A DNA stretch of 64,000 nt, from NCBI GenBank assembly GCA_030059675.1, contig JANVYQ010000002.1, positions 18,260-82,259 on the forward strand, read 5' to 3'. The position numbers were made by a program, and so were the translations under genes. Position 1 is the first letter of the stretch; each line of letters begins with the position of its first letter. Below are positions 1-9,496 of the stretch, one piece after another. This DNA comes from Candidatus Pelearchaeum maunauluense. Its GTDB lineage: Archaea > Thermoproteota > Nitrososphaeria_A > Caldarchaeales > Caldarchaeaceae. The notes under the pieces were generated by a model. The model saw only the letters and a program-made list of their open reading frames with translations. It did not search any database and was not told the DNA's origin.

Positions 1-383
1 TCTGCTACACAAACTATGCCTGGCTCTTCCCACATCTTCTAGACCTAAGGGCTGAGATAGTCTCAATATCATGCTCCAACGCAGACACCCGCGAGCTTGG
101 TGTTGCCGACACTAAACGGCCTGGGTTTAGGGTTCTCTCAATATTCCGCGAGCAGGGAGCAGAGTTTAAGGTGGCGCCTGGTGTTGTGGATGTGCATACC
201 GACTTTATAGAGCCGCCCGAGCTTGTGAGGGATAGGCTCCTCTACTCAGCCAAGGTGTTGGGCGATGATGAGAAGGTTGTAGCGTGCAACGATTGTGGGC
301 TACGTACGCGTAGGTGGGAGGTTGCGTATGAGAAGCAACTGAGCCTCACGCGAGGCGCCGCGCTGGCGCGCAAAACCATGTAG
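1..383 (+). CDS. 5'-partial (window edge) MetE-like cobalamin-independent methionine synthase C-terminal domain protein
   Basis: Frame is open from the window start to the stop at 383. The C-terminal segment VVACNDCGLRTRRWEVAYEKQL resembles the conserved DCGL region of MetE-family C-termini. Confidence 0.45.
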   Translation, partial: CYTNYAWLFPHLLDLRAEIVSISCSNADTRELGVADTKRPGFRVLSIFREQGAEFKVAPGVVDVHTDFIEPPELVRDRLLYSAKVLGDDEKVVACNDCGLRTRRWEVAYEKQLSLTRGAALARKTM

Positions 384-388
384 AGACG

Positions 389-844
389 CTACTCTGTCTT
401 TCTACGCGCAACGCCTACTGGACCGCCTTTCCTCCCTGTAGTTCTAGTTCTCTGGCCACGCACTTTAAGCCCAAGCGAATGCCTAACGCCCCGCCAGCTC
501 TTTATACGCATCTCCCGCTGTATATCCTCCTTTATGGCCAGCTCAAGCTCAGCACCGTAGAGCTGCAAATCCTTGCCCGTGACTGGGTCAAAGCGGCGAT
601 TAAGCATCCAGCTTGGTATCCCATACTTTGTCGGGTCTTTGGCGACTTCCTCAATCTTTCTCAATTGCTCGTCGGTGAGCATGCCGATACGTAGCTCTGG
701 GTCAATGCCTGCCACACGCGCTATGGCGTATCCCAGGTTGACGCCTATGCCCTTAATCTTGGCAAGCCCGTAAGGTAGCTTGAGCGAGCCATCAATGTCT
801 GTGCCAAGTATCCTGACTATGTAGCGAAGCTCCTTGACCGCCAT
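389..844 (-). CDS. rps13: 30S ribosomal protein S13 (uS13)
   Basis: 151-aa ORF with the characteristic uS13 sequence (ILGTDIDG...KIKGIG...) and a basic C-terminal tail. Confidence 0.9.
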   Translation of the reverse strand: MAVKELRYIVRILGTDIDGSLKLPYGLAKIKGIGVNLGYAIARVAGIDPELRIGMLTDEQLRKIEEVAKDPTKYGIPSWMLNRRFDPVTGKDLQLYGAELELAIKEDIQREMRIKSWRGVRHSLGLKVRGQRTRTTGRKGGPVGVARRKTE

Positions 845-924
845 ATTTTCCGACGCCTAGCGTGATGGATGTTCAGCTCTATATATTGTTATACCTCCTC
901 CAGGGGCTTTGTACCTCATCGCTT

Positions 925-945
925 AAGTAGAAAAACTTAAAACAT
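925..945 (+). promoter_or_regulatory. candidate TATA/BRE element for rps3ae (divergent from rps13)
   Basis: A-rich TAGAAAAACTTAAAAC sits ~25-35 nt upstream of GTG 966. Confidence 0.3.
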
Positions 946-965
946 GAGCCTTAATTTGGGCTTTC

Positions 966-1601
966 GTGTCTAGGAGAGCTGCAGAATCCAAGAAGCCAAA
1001 ACAGACTTACGTAGTCTATGCACCTCCATACTTCGGAGGCCGCGAGCTGGGAACTACCATAGCGGCAGACCCAAACCACGTATTGGGCCGCGTTCTCCGC
1101 ACTAGCCTATACGCCCTCACAGATGACTTCTCCAAGCAGTATCTCCTGCTTAAGTTTAAGATAGTAAGATTGAAGGATAGTGTTGCTGAGACGATCTTCT
1201 ATGGTCATGAGTATGGGCGTGAGTTTCTACGCAGCCTGGTTAGGCGCGGAAGTACGCGGATAGATGGTATCTTTGATGTTAATACGCGGGATGATTTCGC
1301 TATGCGCATAACTGCTACGGTCTTCACCATCTGTAGGGTTTCCACAAGCAGGCAGAAGGCTGTTAGGCGCGTGATGCGCGAAGTTATTGAAGAAGCCGCA
1401 ACACGGCTAACCCACGACCAGCTGGCGCAGGAGATGGTTATAGGAAAGACGGCATCAGACATCTTCAATGCTGCTAAGAAGATAGTCCTCCCACGCCATG
1501 TTGGGATTATAAAGTCTAAGGTGCTTAAACTGCCCAGCTGGGTTTATGAGAGAAGTGTTGAGAGTCAGGCTGTTGAGGAAGCTGTTCCAGCCAGCAGCTA
1601 A
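966..1601 (+). CDS. rps3ae: 30S ribosomal protein S3Ae (eS1)
   Basis: 211 aa, GTG start. The motif YVVYAPPYFGGRELG...LKFKIV is typical of the S3Ae family. Confidence 0.85.
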   Translation: MSRRAAESKKPKQTYVVYAPPYFGGRELGTTIAADPNHVLGRVLRTSLYALTDDFSKQYLLLKFKIVRLKDSVAETIFYGHEYGREFLRSLVRRGSTRIDGIFDVNTRDDFAMRITATVFTICRVSTSRQKAVRRVMREVIEEAATRLTHDQLAQEMVIGKTASDIFNAAKKIVLPRHVGIIKSKVLKLPSWVYERSVESQAVEEAVPASS

Positions 1602-1641
1602 CCTTTATACACTACGCCGTACAGTATAATCACGACGCTCC

Positions 1642-1977
1642 ATGCCTGAGTTTACGGTTGATGAGCTTCGTAGAATGTTTCCGCATCTCTTTCAGGAGAT
1701 ACAGAGTAGGAGGATGGCTCTTAGATTTAGTGGTATGCGTTCAAGCCCTGAAGCGGCTGAGCGTGATGCCGAGGCTCCTCTACCAACTGCTGTGGGCTAT
1801 CTGAGGCGCTGTTATACTGATGAAGAGGCTCGCGACGTGATAAGATTCCTCAGGCAGCGGGGGGAGATAAGCGATGAGGAGGCGGAGAGGCTGGAGAAGC
1901 AGCTGGAAGAGCATGGCGTAAGAAGCCTCGGCAGCAAGAAAGAGCCTGGTTATTACTTACAGAACCCACCACGTTAA
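1642..1977 (+). CDS. hypothetical protein, Glu/Arg-rich C-terminus
   Basis: 111-aa ORF in a coding-dense region. No family recognised. Confidence 0.4.
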   Translation: MPEFTVDELRRMFPHLFQEIQSRRMALRFSGMRSSPEAAERDAEAPLPTAVGYLRRCYTDEEARDVIRFLRQRGEISDEEAERLEKQLEEHGVRSLGSKKEPGYYLQNPPR

Positions 1978-2081
1978 GCCGTGCTAATAATCATTATCAC
2001 CCATCCACTTAAAGCATAAGCTTTGGCTAATAGTGGGAAATATTTACTATTAGGTGATATGATGTTTCAGATGTAGGGTGA

Positions 2082-2384
2082 TGTGGGCTGGCTGAAGATA
2101 GGGAGGATGTTGAACGTTTAGCAAGAGCCTTCGCAGCTCTGGGAAACCCCGTAAGGCTTAGAATATTACGAATACTCTCAACATCTGATAGGCCGCTTCA
2201 CATTAAGGCAATAGCAAAGCTCACCAAGACACGTTATAATGCCGCCTATAAACATGTAAAGATGTTGGAGGAAGCTGGGCTGATTAACATCTTTGAGGTT
2301 GGGCGCTCGCGTGTTCTCTCTATTAGGTCGCCTCAGCTTGTCGAGCAGGTGTGGAGTTTCGGTAAAAACTTTACCGAAAGGTGA
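2082..2384 (+). CDS. ArsR-family winged-helix transcriptional regulator (no canonical start codon in frame)
   Basis: Manual translation gives ...ERLARAFAALGNPVRLRILRILSTSDRPLHIKAIAKLTKTRYNAAYKHVKMLEEAGLINIFEVGRSRV..., the ArsR HTH signature. The frame is open only from 2082 (after TGA at 2079) and contains no ATG/GTG/TTG before the conserved helix. Confidence 0.55.
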   Translation, partial: CGLAEDREDVERLARAFAALGNPVRLRILRILSTSDRPLHIKAIAKLTKTRYNAAYKHVKMLEEAGLINIFEVGRSRVLSIRSPQLVEQVWSFGKNFTER

Positions 2385-2459
2385 TAATAATATTCTAAAA
2401 AATTGTCAATAACTTTAACCATGTAAAACTTTAATTAGCAGATAAATCCATTTATCGTC

Positions 2460-3092
2460 ATGAATTTAGGAAAACAAGTTGCTGGGGCCTCAGCCCTAGC
2501 GGCGGCAGCCTACGCGATGGCGCTGATGAAGCTCGGAGTAAGTTTCCCCATACTCCCGTTCCTCAAGTTTGACTTCGCCGAGATACCCGACACGCTGAGC
2601 TTCCTCCTCTTTGGATGGAAGATGGGGCTACTCACAGCAGTAGCGCACTGGCTGGCTCTCCTCATAAACCTCTCCCAACTCACACTAGCACCCCCAGGAG
2701 TTCCACAACTAATGAAGCTCCTCGCGGTACTCTCAATGTTCGTAGGACTGGCAGCAGCCCAGAAACTATTCGCAAGACTTCATGACGAGAAGAAAAAAGC
2801 AATAGGCTACACTATACTAGGCGCGATAACACGAACCCTCATAATGGCACCCATAGTCTTTGCTCTCTACTACATACTCCTGCCAACAGTCTATCTACCC
2901 TTCGCCAAGAAGATGCTCACCGCGGCAGGTTTCGCTGTTGAGGGAGACTTCCTGATAGCTAGCATGATGACGCTGCTAACCAGTATATTCAACGCTCTAC
3001 ATGCAATACTAATAATCCCGATAAGCTACTCGATAAGGGCGGCTGTTGTTCGTGCAATCAGGCCCTTCGTCGCGCAGCCACAATCGAGATGA
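2460..3092 (+). CDS. integral membrane protein, function unknown
   Basis: 210-aa ORF with 5-6 predicted hydrophobic helices. TATA-like AAACTTTAATTAG lies ~25 nt upstream. Confidence 0.5.
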   Translation: MNLGKQVAGASALAAAAYAMALMKLGVSFPILPFLKFDFAEIPDTLSFLLFGWKMGLLTAVAHWLALLINLSQLTLAPPGVPQLMKLLAVLSMFVGLAAAQKLFARLHDEKKKAIGYTILGAITRTLIMAPIVFALYYILLPTVYLPFAKKMLTAAGFAVEGDFLIASMMTLLTSIFNALHAILIIPISYSIRAAVVRAIRPFVAQPQSR

Positions 3093-4266
3093 CATCATGA
3101 GACTTGAGCTTATAATCGTCTCCCAGCCTCATTCCTGTTTTTGCGTCAATAGCATATAGGAAGCTCTCGCCCAGGTCTGTGTGTATCTTGTATGCCAGGT
3201 CGCGGGGTGTGGAGCCGCGCTGCACGAGATAGACGTCAGGCAAGACATTACCTTGATGATCGGTTAGCTTATCTGGGTCTTCAACAGGGAAGACAGGTAT
3301 ATAGCCCAGCTTCTCAACATAAGCCTTGTCTATTACCTGTTGCACCCCTGTCCCTCCCCAAGGCTTCAAGACGCGCTCGCGTATGTTTTCAAGTGCGCGC
3401 AGCTGCTGCTGTGTTAGCCGATGACTATCCACAATCTCGAAATCACTGTCGCCAGGGATGTATTTTATCAAGCCCTTCTCAACAGCCAGTCTTAGAACCC
3501 GCTCAGCCTCAGCTGAGCATGGAACAACGTCATAACCAGCGCTCTTCAGACGGGTAATGCCATCATGGGCTTGTTTCATATCCGCCTTATTGGCGGCAAC
3601 TACTATCGGCTTAGTAGCTCGTCTTATCGCTGTAGCAAGCTTGGCCAGCTCTTCGTCACCCCATCTAGTTGGACGCGCCTCGTCTAGACGTAGCTCGTCA
3701 AGAACTGCGTGGATGTGGTTCTCAGATACCCCCAGACCTGAGAGCTTCCGCGCAAGCTCAGCCCTGAGATTCAACTGCCTAGCCTCAGCACCACGCGAAA
3801 TACGCGGCCAGTCCCGTTTTATCAAACCAGCTATCCAAAGATCTATCTCTCGTTCTACAATCTCAACATCAAGTAGGGGATCATGGGTTGATGGCTCCAC
3901 AGGTGTTCCATCATCAGCAGTAGCACCAGCAGCGTCGCATACAATAATGAGCGCAGACGCCTGCCTAATATCATCCAAGAACTGAAGACCAAGACCACGT
4001 CCAGCATGAGCGCCTGCAATAATCCCAGGGCAGTCTATAACCTGTATAGGCACAAGCCTTATACCATCAACGCATAAAGAGTTGCGAGGATTATCCTGCA
4101 CACCCAAGCTCTTACATACGCAGGGAGTTCGTAGATGCGTTACACCCACATTGGGCTTGGTTGTCGTGAAGGGGTAGTTAGCCACCTCAACAGGAACTAG
4201 GGTAAGAGCCGAGAAGAACGTACTCTTACCAACATTTGGTTTTCCAACTATCCCCGCAAGCTCCAC
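3058..4266 (-). CDS. YchF/Ola1-family (Obg-like) GTPase with C-terminal TGS domain
   Basis: G1 motif GKPNVGKSTFF, NKAD G4 motif, and a C-terminal TGS-like segment (DDYKLKSHDVISIV). 402 aa. Confidence 0.7.
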   Translation of the reverse strand: MELAGIVGKPNVGKSTFFSALTLVPVEVANYPFTTTKPNVGVTHLRTPCVCKSLGVQDNPRNSLCVDGIRLVPIQVIDCPGIIAGAHAGRGLGLQFLDDIRQASALIIVCDAAGATADDGTPVEPSTHDPLLDVEIVEREIDLWIAGLIKRDWPRISRGAEARQLNLRAELARKLSGLGVSENHIHAVLDELRLDEARPTRWGDEELAKLATAIRRATKPIVVAANKADMKQAHDGITRLKSAGYDVVPCSAEAERVLRLAVEKGLIKYIPGDSDFEIVDSHRLTQQQLRALENIRERVLKPWGGTGVQQVIDKAYVEKLGYIPVFPVEDPDKLTDHQGNVLPDVYLVQRGSTPRDLAYKIHTDLGESFLYAIDAKTGMRLGDDYKLKSHDVISIVAARRRA

Positions 4267-4323
4267 AATAGCTTATAACAAATAGAACGTTAAGTATTTT
4301 GTCAATGGTGTTTGTGTTGATAA

Positions 4324-4797
4324 TTATCTCAGGAGTTTGGGGCTGAGGCTTAGGTTTGTGTCGTTTTTGATTGCTGGGTGGTGTGGGTCTACAGCTATTA
4401 CCTCAAACCACTTGTATAGACTATCGTATGCGAGTGGATACGCACCTAAGACATGCAGGTTTGGATAGCGTTTCCTAACCTTATTGATGGCCTCCTCCTT
4501 CATGGTGACATTTACCTTGTGCTTTACTACGCCTATGGCTTTTGGCCTCCTTCCGGCTCTTGGCCTAGGTTTCTGGAACCCTCCCTTCCTGACACGCACC
4601 CTCAGTACTACTACGCCCTGTTTAGCGCGATAGCCCAGTTGCCGCGCCCTGTCTATACGCAGTGGCCTCTCAACCCTAACTATAGACTTCTCACGCCTCC
4701 ACTTCATTAGCCGCTTCTTCATCAGCTCCCTAAGCTCTTCTGGCCGCTTCCTCCACATCTGCTGGAGCACACTGTACAGAGATGTCAAGGCCTCCAC
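4324..4797 (-). CDS. rpl15e: 50S ribosomal protein L15e
   Basis: 157 aa. The RPKAIGVVKHK...YPNLHVLGAY... pattern is typical of L15e. Confidence 0.85.
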   Translation of the reverse strand: MEALTSLYSVLQQMWRKRPEELRELMKKRLMKWRREKSIVRVERPLRIDRARQLGYRAKQGVVVLRVRVRKGGFQKPRPRAGRRPKAIGVVKHKVNVTMKEEAINKVRKRYPNLHVLGAYPLAYDSLYKWFEVIAVDPHHPAIKNDTNLSLSPKLLR

Positions 4798-4901
4798 TCT
4801 CCCTATGCTCCATGACTCTCTTCTATCCGCCTCTTAAACCCTTATCCCGCCTCCCTTGCCATGCATAAAGCCCTAAAACCCGCCTCTCGCCCCCTCTCTA
4901 G

Positions 4902-5342
4902 ATGTTGGGAGCCGCCATGCTCAGTTTTAGACTTACAGCCCTCCGCGCGCGTGTCTTATGCTACTCAACGGAGAACCCCACTAAGGTTAGGAGAGCGCTG
5001 AGCAATCTGCTAGGCGATACAAATCTACAACTCACCTCAAAGAAGGTTGAGGGATACTATGGAGACCCCATATACATAATAGAATACCGAACCAGCGATT
5101 CTAGGATTATTGATAGAGTTTTTTCAGGTCTCTTACGTGGGCTTGGAGGGCTTATGAGGCTGGCCATCGAGGAAGGGCTTGAAATGACCTCTAAAGAGCA
5201 TGGAAGGATACATCTAAGACTGGATAAGCAGGCAGCTTACCAGGGTAGGTATGAGTTGTGCGACGCTGATGCGGTGAAGCTGGAGTTCAGCTTTGAGGGA
5301 GACCCGCGCGAAGTGTTTGAAGAGGGGGGCCAGCAATCCTGA
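4902..5342 (+). CDS. DUF54/COG1325 protein (predicted RNA-binding protein of the archaeal exosome/RNase P superoperon)
   Basis: 146 aa. Its position between L15e and Rpp30 matches the conserved archaeal superoperon order L15e-COG1325-Rpp30-Pop5. Confidence 0.5.
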   Translation: MLGAAMLSFRLTALRARVLCYSTENPTKVRRALSNLLGDTNLQLTSKKVEGYYGDPIYIIEYRTSDSRIIDRVFSGLLRGLGGLMRLAIEEGLEMTSKEHGRIHLRLDKQAAYQGRYELCDADAVKLEFSFEGDPREVFEEGGQQS

Positions 5343-5980
5343 GCAGGCGTTTCATAGACTTCTGGGTCAAGGCTAGAACCCTTGAAGAAGCTGAGAAGCT
5401 ACTGGAGAGACTCTCGTCCCTGGGCTTCTCCGCTTGCTGCCTAGAGACGGGAATGGAAGGTAAGGAGTACAAAGAAGTGGCTGAAGTGGGAGTAGCTTAC
5501 AAGATGGAGGTTGTCCGCAAGAGGGTTGTGGAAGCGCGTAGCAGGATTGATGTGCTCCAAGCTCTGAGGAAGAAAAAACCAAGCGAGATATGCGCAGTAA
5601 CTCCAAGGACACGCGAGGCTTTCTTGGTGGCTGCGCGTGATGAAAGGGTTGATACTATAATAATACATGAGGAGCTGGTGGAGTTGGATAGGCATATTCT
5701 AAAAGTTCTCAAGAACTTTCTAGAGCTACCGCTGGATACGGTCTTTAAAGCAATTGACGACAGTACTGTGCTTACCCGCCTGGTTAATGTCCTCCGAGTA
5801 GTAGCTGCGGTGGAGCTTCCCCTTATCATATCAAGCGGCGCATCCCTGCCTGAGCGTTTACGCTCACCACGTCAGCTTGCAGCAGTACTTAACGCATTTG
5901 GGATAGAGCAGGTGAAGAGCCTTGACGCAGTATCCAACATACCTGAACAAATACTGGGTAGGTGGAGGGCGGTGAAGTGA
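5339..5980 (+). CDS. rnp3: RNase P protein component 3 (Rpp30). Only the 3' part (5453..5980) begins with ATG.
   Basis: The frame is open from 5321 and encodes a conserved Rpp30-like N-terminus (FIDFWVKARTLEEAEKLLERL...) ahead of the first ATG. The C-terminal signature IISSGASLPERLRSPRQLAAVLNAFGI matches the Rpp30 ISSDA...RsP motif. Confidence 0.7.
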   Translation: MSRRFIDFWVKARTLEEAEKLLERLSSLGFSACCLETGMEGKEYKEVAEVGVAYKMEVVRKRVVEARSRIDVLQALRKKKPSEICAVTPRTREAFLVAARDERVDTIIIHEELVELDRHILKVLKNFLELPLDTVFKAIDDSTVLTRLVNVLRVVAAVELPLIISSGASLPERLRSPRQLAAVLNAFGIEQVKSLDAVSNIPEQILGRWRAVK

Positions 5981-6309
5981 GTGAGCGCGTCTTAAGACTT
6001 CGGCGGAGGTACGTGGCTGTCTGCTGCTATCCTAATGAGCGGCAGCCTGAACAGCTATGGGATGCGGTTAGGCTAGTCTTTGTAAAACTATTCGGCGAGC
6101 TGGCACTAATTGAGTCAGGTTTACGCAAAGTTAGGAGCAGACACCATAAGGACTTGCTGATAATAGCGTGCTATCATTCATGGCTTCCTAAAGCCCTCGC
6201 GGCCATCACGTTGGTAAAGAGTGTCAACGGAATGGATGTCTCGCTGGATGTTATCACGGTCTCAGGAACTATAAGGGCGTTGAGGAGGAGAATTGTTGCC
6301 CAGAGATAA
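5962..6309 (+). CDS. rnp2: RNase P protein component 2 (Pop5)
   Basis: 115 aa, overlaps the rnp3 stop. Pop5-like LRRRYVAV...DLLIIACYH pattern and operon context. Confidence 0.7.
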   Translation: MEGGEVSERVLRLRRRYVAVCCYPNERQPEQLWDAVRLVFVKLFGELALIESGLRKVRSRHHKDLLIIACYHSWLPKALAAITLVKSVNGMDVSLDVITVSGTIRALRRRIVAQR

Positions 6310-6937
6310 TAGAATGTTAGCGGCTCTCTTAGCATGGGCTCTGGCTCTTTTGGCTCTCAACCTTTCAGCCTACATACCTGGGGAAAACGAGCTTCTCCTC
6401 TTTATAAGGCCGCAGGTTGCTCTAGCATTAGTTGCCATTCCACTAGCCCTAGGCAGCAAAGAATCGCGCAAGACGTTCCGCACATTTACTAAAAACACGA
6501 CAAAGAAGATAGCGCCGATAACAATCATCGCTATCGGCGCTGCGCAACTCGTGGGAATATCTACACTCCTATTATACCCACCAGATACATACTACATAAA
6601 TATCCTTAAGCAATTAGCGCCTAGCGATGCATGGGACCTGATGATTAAGCTGGCGCTCACCTGGGTTGTTGTGGCGCCTGTTGAGGAAATATTCTTCAGG
6701 GGAGTAATTCATACTTGGCTTAGACAGGTTCTCCCATCTCGTCCATCGGCGGCTTTCTCAAGCATCATATTTGCGGTGAGCCATCTAGACCCCTGGAGGT
6801 TCCTCCCTACTGTAATAATCGGCTACGCGACTGCGGTGGTGCTTGAACGAACTAAAACTATCATGAGTAGTATAGTTGTGCATGGTTTAAACAATAGCGC
6901 GGCTCTCGTCTTAGCTCTGTTTTGGCTTTACCCCTGA
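6293..6937 (+). CDS. CPBP-family (CAAX/Abi-type) intramembrane metalloprotease
   Basis: Multi-TM protein with motifs EEIFFRG, FAVSH and HGLNN, matching the CPBP EExxxR / FxxxH / HxxxN signature. Confidence 0.7.
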   Translation: MLPRDNRMLAALLAWALALLALNLSAYIPGENELLLFIRPQVALALVAIPLALGSKESRKTFRTFTKNTTKKIAPITIIAIGAAQLVGISTLLLYPPDTYYINILKQLAPSDAWDLMIKLALTWVVVAPVEEIFFRGVIHTWLRQVLPSRPSAAFSSIIFAVSHLDPWRFLPTVIIGYATAVVLERTKTIMSSIVVHGLNNSAALVLALFWLYP

Positions 6938-7830
6938 GCGCGGCCGCAGTTAGGGCAGAACTTTTCACCCTCTTCCATGGCCTCACCGCAAAACTTACAC
7001 TTATACGATTGCTCTGGATTTTCTCCAGGGTTTTCCTTTGCAAGAAGCTGTAGCTCCGCCTCGCGACGTTTCTCAAACTTCCTAGCTATTATTACCGAGA
7101 GCTCAAGAAGCAGGACTAGAGGGAGGAAGAGAACGCTATTACCGACGAGCCAGCCATCAGGGGTTATTAGCGCTATAATTATGTAGAGACCACCGTAGAT
7201 GTAGAGCCTATTCTTTCTGAATAGCCTCGTGCTCACTACGCCAAACCTCACCAGAACCACGAAGACAGCGGGAGCTGTGAATACCAACCCGATTAATAAT
7301 ACGGTAGTAAATACGAGCGCGTAGAAATCCATTAGGAGGACTAGAGGTTCTGCCCCGGTGAACTCAAAGAAGATGAGCATCGTTCTAAATATTAGAGGCG
7401 CGGCGACGAAATAGCCGAAGGCCACACCTACTAGAAATAACCCTGTAAATGCTGCGACGAATCCATAGATTATCCGTCTCTCATGTGGGTAGAGTGCTGG
7501 GTCTATGTAGGCGTAAATCTCGTACGCGATTATTGGTGAGCTGGTAATCATGCCTAGGAAGATGGCTCCTAGGAAGTAGAGCTCCAGAGGTGATGTTATC
7601 CTTCCCGCGATTAGATTGACCGCATCGCCAGCTATGTCTGTCTTTACCTTCTCTATGAGAACCGAGATGAAGGGCCTGTAAAGCCCTGATATTGGGTCTA
7701 TGTTTAGGTCTGCGGGGAACGCGAGCCAAAAAATCGTGCTTATTATGAGCGCTAGAAATATAACCTTAACTCTATCCCTAAGCTCGCGTATATGCTCTAT
7801 AAATGGCATCTCCTTATCTTTAGACCGCAT
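6928..7830 (-). CDS. tatC: Sec-independent twin-arginine translocase subunit TatC with C-terminal Zn-ribbon extension
   Basis: The N-terminus FIEHIRELRDR is the TatC signature and there are 6 TM helices. The C-terminal ~40 aa carry CKFCG...CPNCG. Confidence 0.8.
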   Translation of the reverse strand: MRSKDKEMPFIEHIRELRDRVKVIFLALIISTIFWLAFPADLNIDPISGLYRPFISVLIEKVKTDIAGDAVNLIAGRITSPLELYFLGAIFLGMITSSPIIAYEIYAYIDPALYPHERRIIYGFVAAFTGLFLVGVAFGYFVAAPLIFRTMLIFFEFTGAEPLVLLMDFYALVFTTVLLIGLVFTAPAVFVVLVRFGVVSTRLFRKNRLYIYGGLYIIIALITPDGWLVGNSVLFLPLVLLLELSVIIARKFEKRREAELQLLAKENPGENPEQSYKCKFCGEAMEEGEKFCPNCGRAQG

Positions 7831-7861
7831 CGGCCCCGCCTACGCAGCTATCCCGAAATGC

Positions 7862-8110
7862 TTATTGCGTGGATTTAAGCTTCTTCCGAATCTCTTCCAC
7901 GATTTCGTCCTCGCTCCTGCATTCCACATCTATCCCTAGAGCCTCGGCAACCTTGTATATGTCGCTACTAGACTTCTCCTCTCTAACACTTTCGCGATAC
8001 TCCCTGACGAGACGCCCCATTGAGCGGCCGAAGTCGGAGAGAAGCTTGGGTTTAAAGAATATAATAAATAGTATAACCAGTAGAGCTATCTCAAGCGGCC
8101 CCAGTGGCAT
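7862..8110 (-). CDS. tatA: twin-arginine translocase subunit TatA/E
   Basis: 82 aa: N-terminal TM helix followed by F-K-P-K and an amphipathic helix (LGPLEIALLVILFIIFFKPKLLSDFGRSMG). Confidence 0.8.
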   Translation of the reverse strand: MPLGPLEIALLVILFIIFFKPKLLSDFGRSMGRLVREYRESVREEKSSSDIYKVAEALGIDVECRSEDEIVEEIRKKLKSTQ

Positions 8111-8120
8111 GTTCGTTTTT

Positions 8121-8450
8121 TCAGCCCTGCTTCTGCTGTGCCTTATTCACTATCTCTCGCGCTATCTCATCGCGCGTCTTGCCCTCTGTTGAGATACCTA
8201 AAGACTTGGCAACCTCCAGTAGCTTATCATCGCCCGCCTGGGCTGCTGCTACACTACCAGAGGATGTGGAGATTATAGACGGCTTCACTACACTTGACGT
8301 TTCCTCTTCTAAAGCTTTTGACGCCTTCTCAAACTCTCTCTTCGCCTGACCTATGGAGCGGGCTATCTTCGGAAGCTTCTCAGGACCCCATAGCAGCAGG
8401 ACTATTATAATCACGCCGACGACAATCCATTCAATACCGTATATCGGCAC
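8121..8450 (-). CDS. tatA: twin-arginine translocase subunit TatA/E (second copy)
   Basis: 109 aa. WGPEKLPKIARSIGQA is the TatA hinge/amphipathic signature. Confidence 0.8.
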   Translation of the reverse strand: MPIYGIEWIVVGVIIIVLLLWGPEKLPKIARSIGQAKREFEKASKALEEETSSVVKPSIISTSSGSVAAAQAGDDKLLEVAKSLGISTEGKTRDEIAREIVNKAQQKQG

Positions 8451-8581
8451 GGCACTAACACACTCCGAAAATCCCTTCTCAGCTAGCTATATATAAGGTT
8501 TGTCAAAAACCTCGCAACACCATAGTAGGTAAGAAATGGTTAAAGGCTCTGAAGGGAAGGCTACTGGCTGGTGCGTGAAGG

Positions 8582-9049
8582 ATGCCCGAAGTAGGTGATA
8601 AAGCGCCAGACTTCAGCTTAGTAGACCAAGAGAGGAAGCCAAGAACATTGAGCGAGTTTCGTGGAAAGAAGGTTGTCCTGGCATTTTTCCCAGGTGCTTT
8701 TACTTCTGTATGCACTAAGGAGATGTGCACGTTCCGCGATAATATGGCTAAATTCAACCAGCTTGATGCTGTTGTTCTGGGTATAAGCGTAAACGACCCG
8801 TTTACGCAGAAGGCTTTCGCAGAGGCCAACGATCTTGGATTCCCATTATTGTCTGACTATGCGCGAGAGGTTGTTCGTAAGTATGGTGTGTACCACGAGA
8901 ACTTCGCTGGTCTTGAAGGATACACGGCAGCAAAGCGTGCAGTGTTCATACTTGATGGCGAGGGAGTGATTAAGTATAAATGGGTGAGCGACGACCCTAC
9001 AAAAGAACCCAATTACGATGAGATAATCTCTGCGCTCTCAAAACTTTAG
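8582..9049 (+). CDS. bcp: peroxiredoxin, Bcp type (thiol peroxidase)
   Basis: GDKAPDF...FFPGAFTSVCTKEMC is the AhpC/TSA Bcp catalytic motif. 155 aa. Confidence 0.85.
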   Translation: MPEVGDKAPDFSLVDQERKPRTLSEFRGKKVVLAFFPGAFTSVCTKEMCTFRDNMAKFNQLDAVVLGISVNDPFTQKAFAEANDLGFPLLSDYAREVVRKYGVYHENFAGLEGYTAAKRAVFILDGEGVIKYKWVSDDPTKEPNYDEIISALSKL

Positions 9050-9387
9050 GCTGTAGCGCCTAATCTGGCGATAAGCTTCTTAAGAGCTGAGGCAAGGTCA
9101 ATTATTTCTTCATCAGTCCGCAGATGCTCGCGAAGCGCATTAATCATACGCTGCTCAAGTATCTTCGCACCCGCTCCAAACATCTCTCTGAGAGCTGCCA
9201 AGAATTCCTCAGGCTTATACGGTATGTCGCGCCGGGATACGTTATACCTATTCGCCAAGTGCCAGAAAATAACTCTCTTGGAAGTCTCGCCTAACGGCTC
9301 TAGGGCCTCGTCTATAATATTTAGAACTACTGTTATGAGGTTGTTGTTTTCCGTGTCTTTGTAGGCTGCTGATTGTCTGGCTGCCAT
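9046..9387 (-). CDS. hypothetical protein
   Basis: 113-aa ORF. No recognised family. Confidence 0.35.
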   Translation of the reverse strand: MAARQSAAYKDTENNNLITVVLNIIDEALEPLGETSKRVIFWHLANRYNVSRRDIPYKPEEFLAALREMFGAGAKILEQRMINALREHLRTDEEIIDLASALKKLIARLGATA

Positions 9388-9496
9388 TTACCGTAATTCA
9401 TTTGATATTCCACAGTACTATAAAAACATATCCAAAGGCGCTATATTGGCGGTCATAACAGAATAAACAATGGCCAAACGTTTAGCATGAATAACT

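Noticed and set aside
3192-3985. Two + strand ORFs (121 and 142 aa) inside the YchF-like GTPase gene
   Set aside because: Arg/Ser/Ala-rich antisense frames with no family resemblance.
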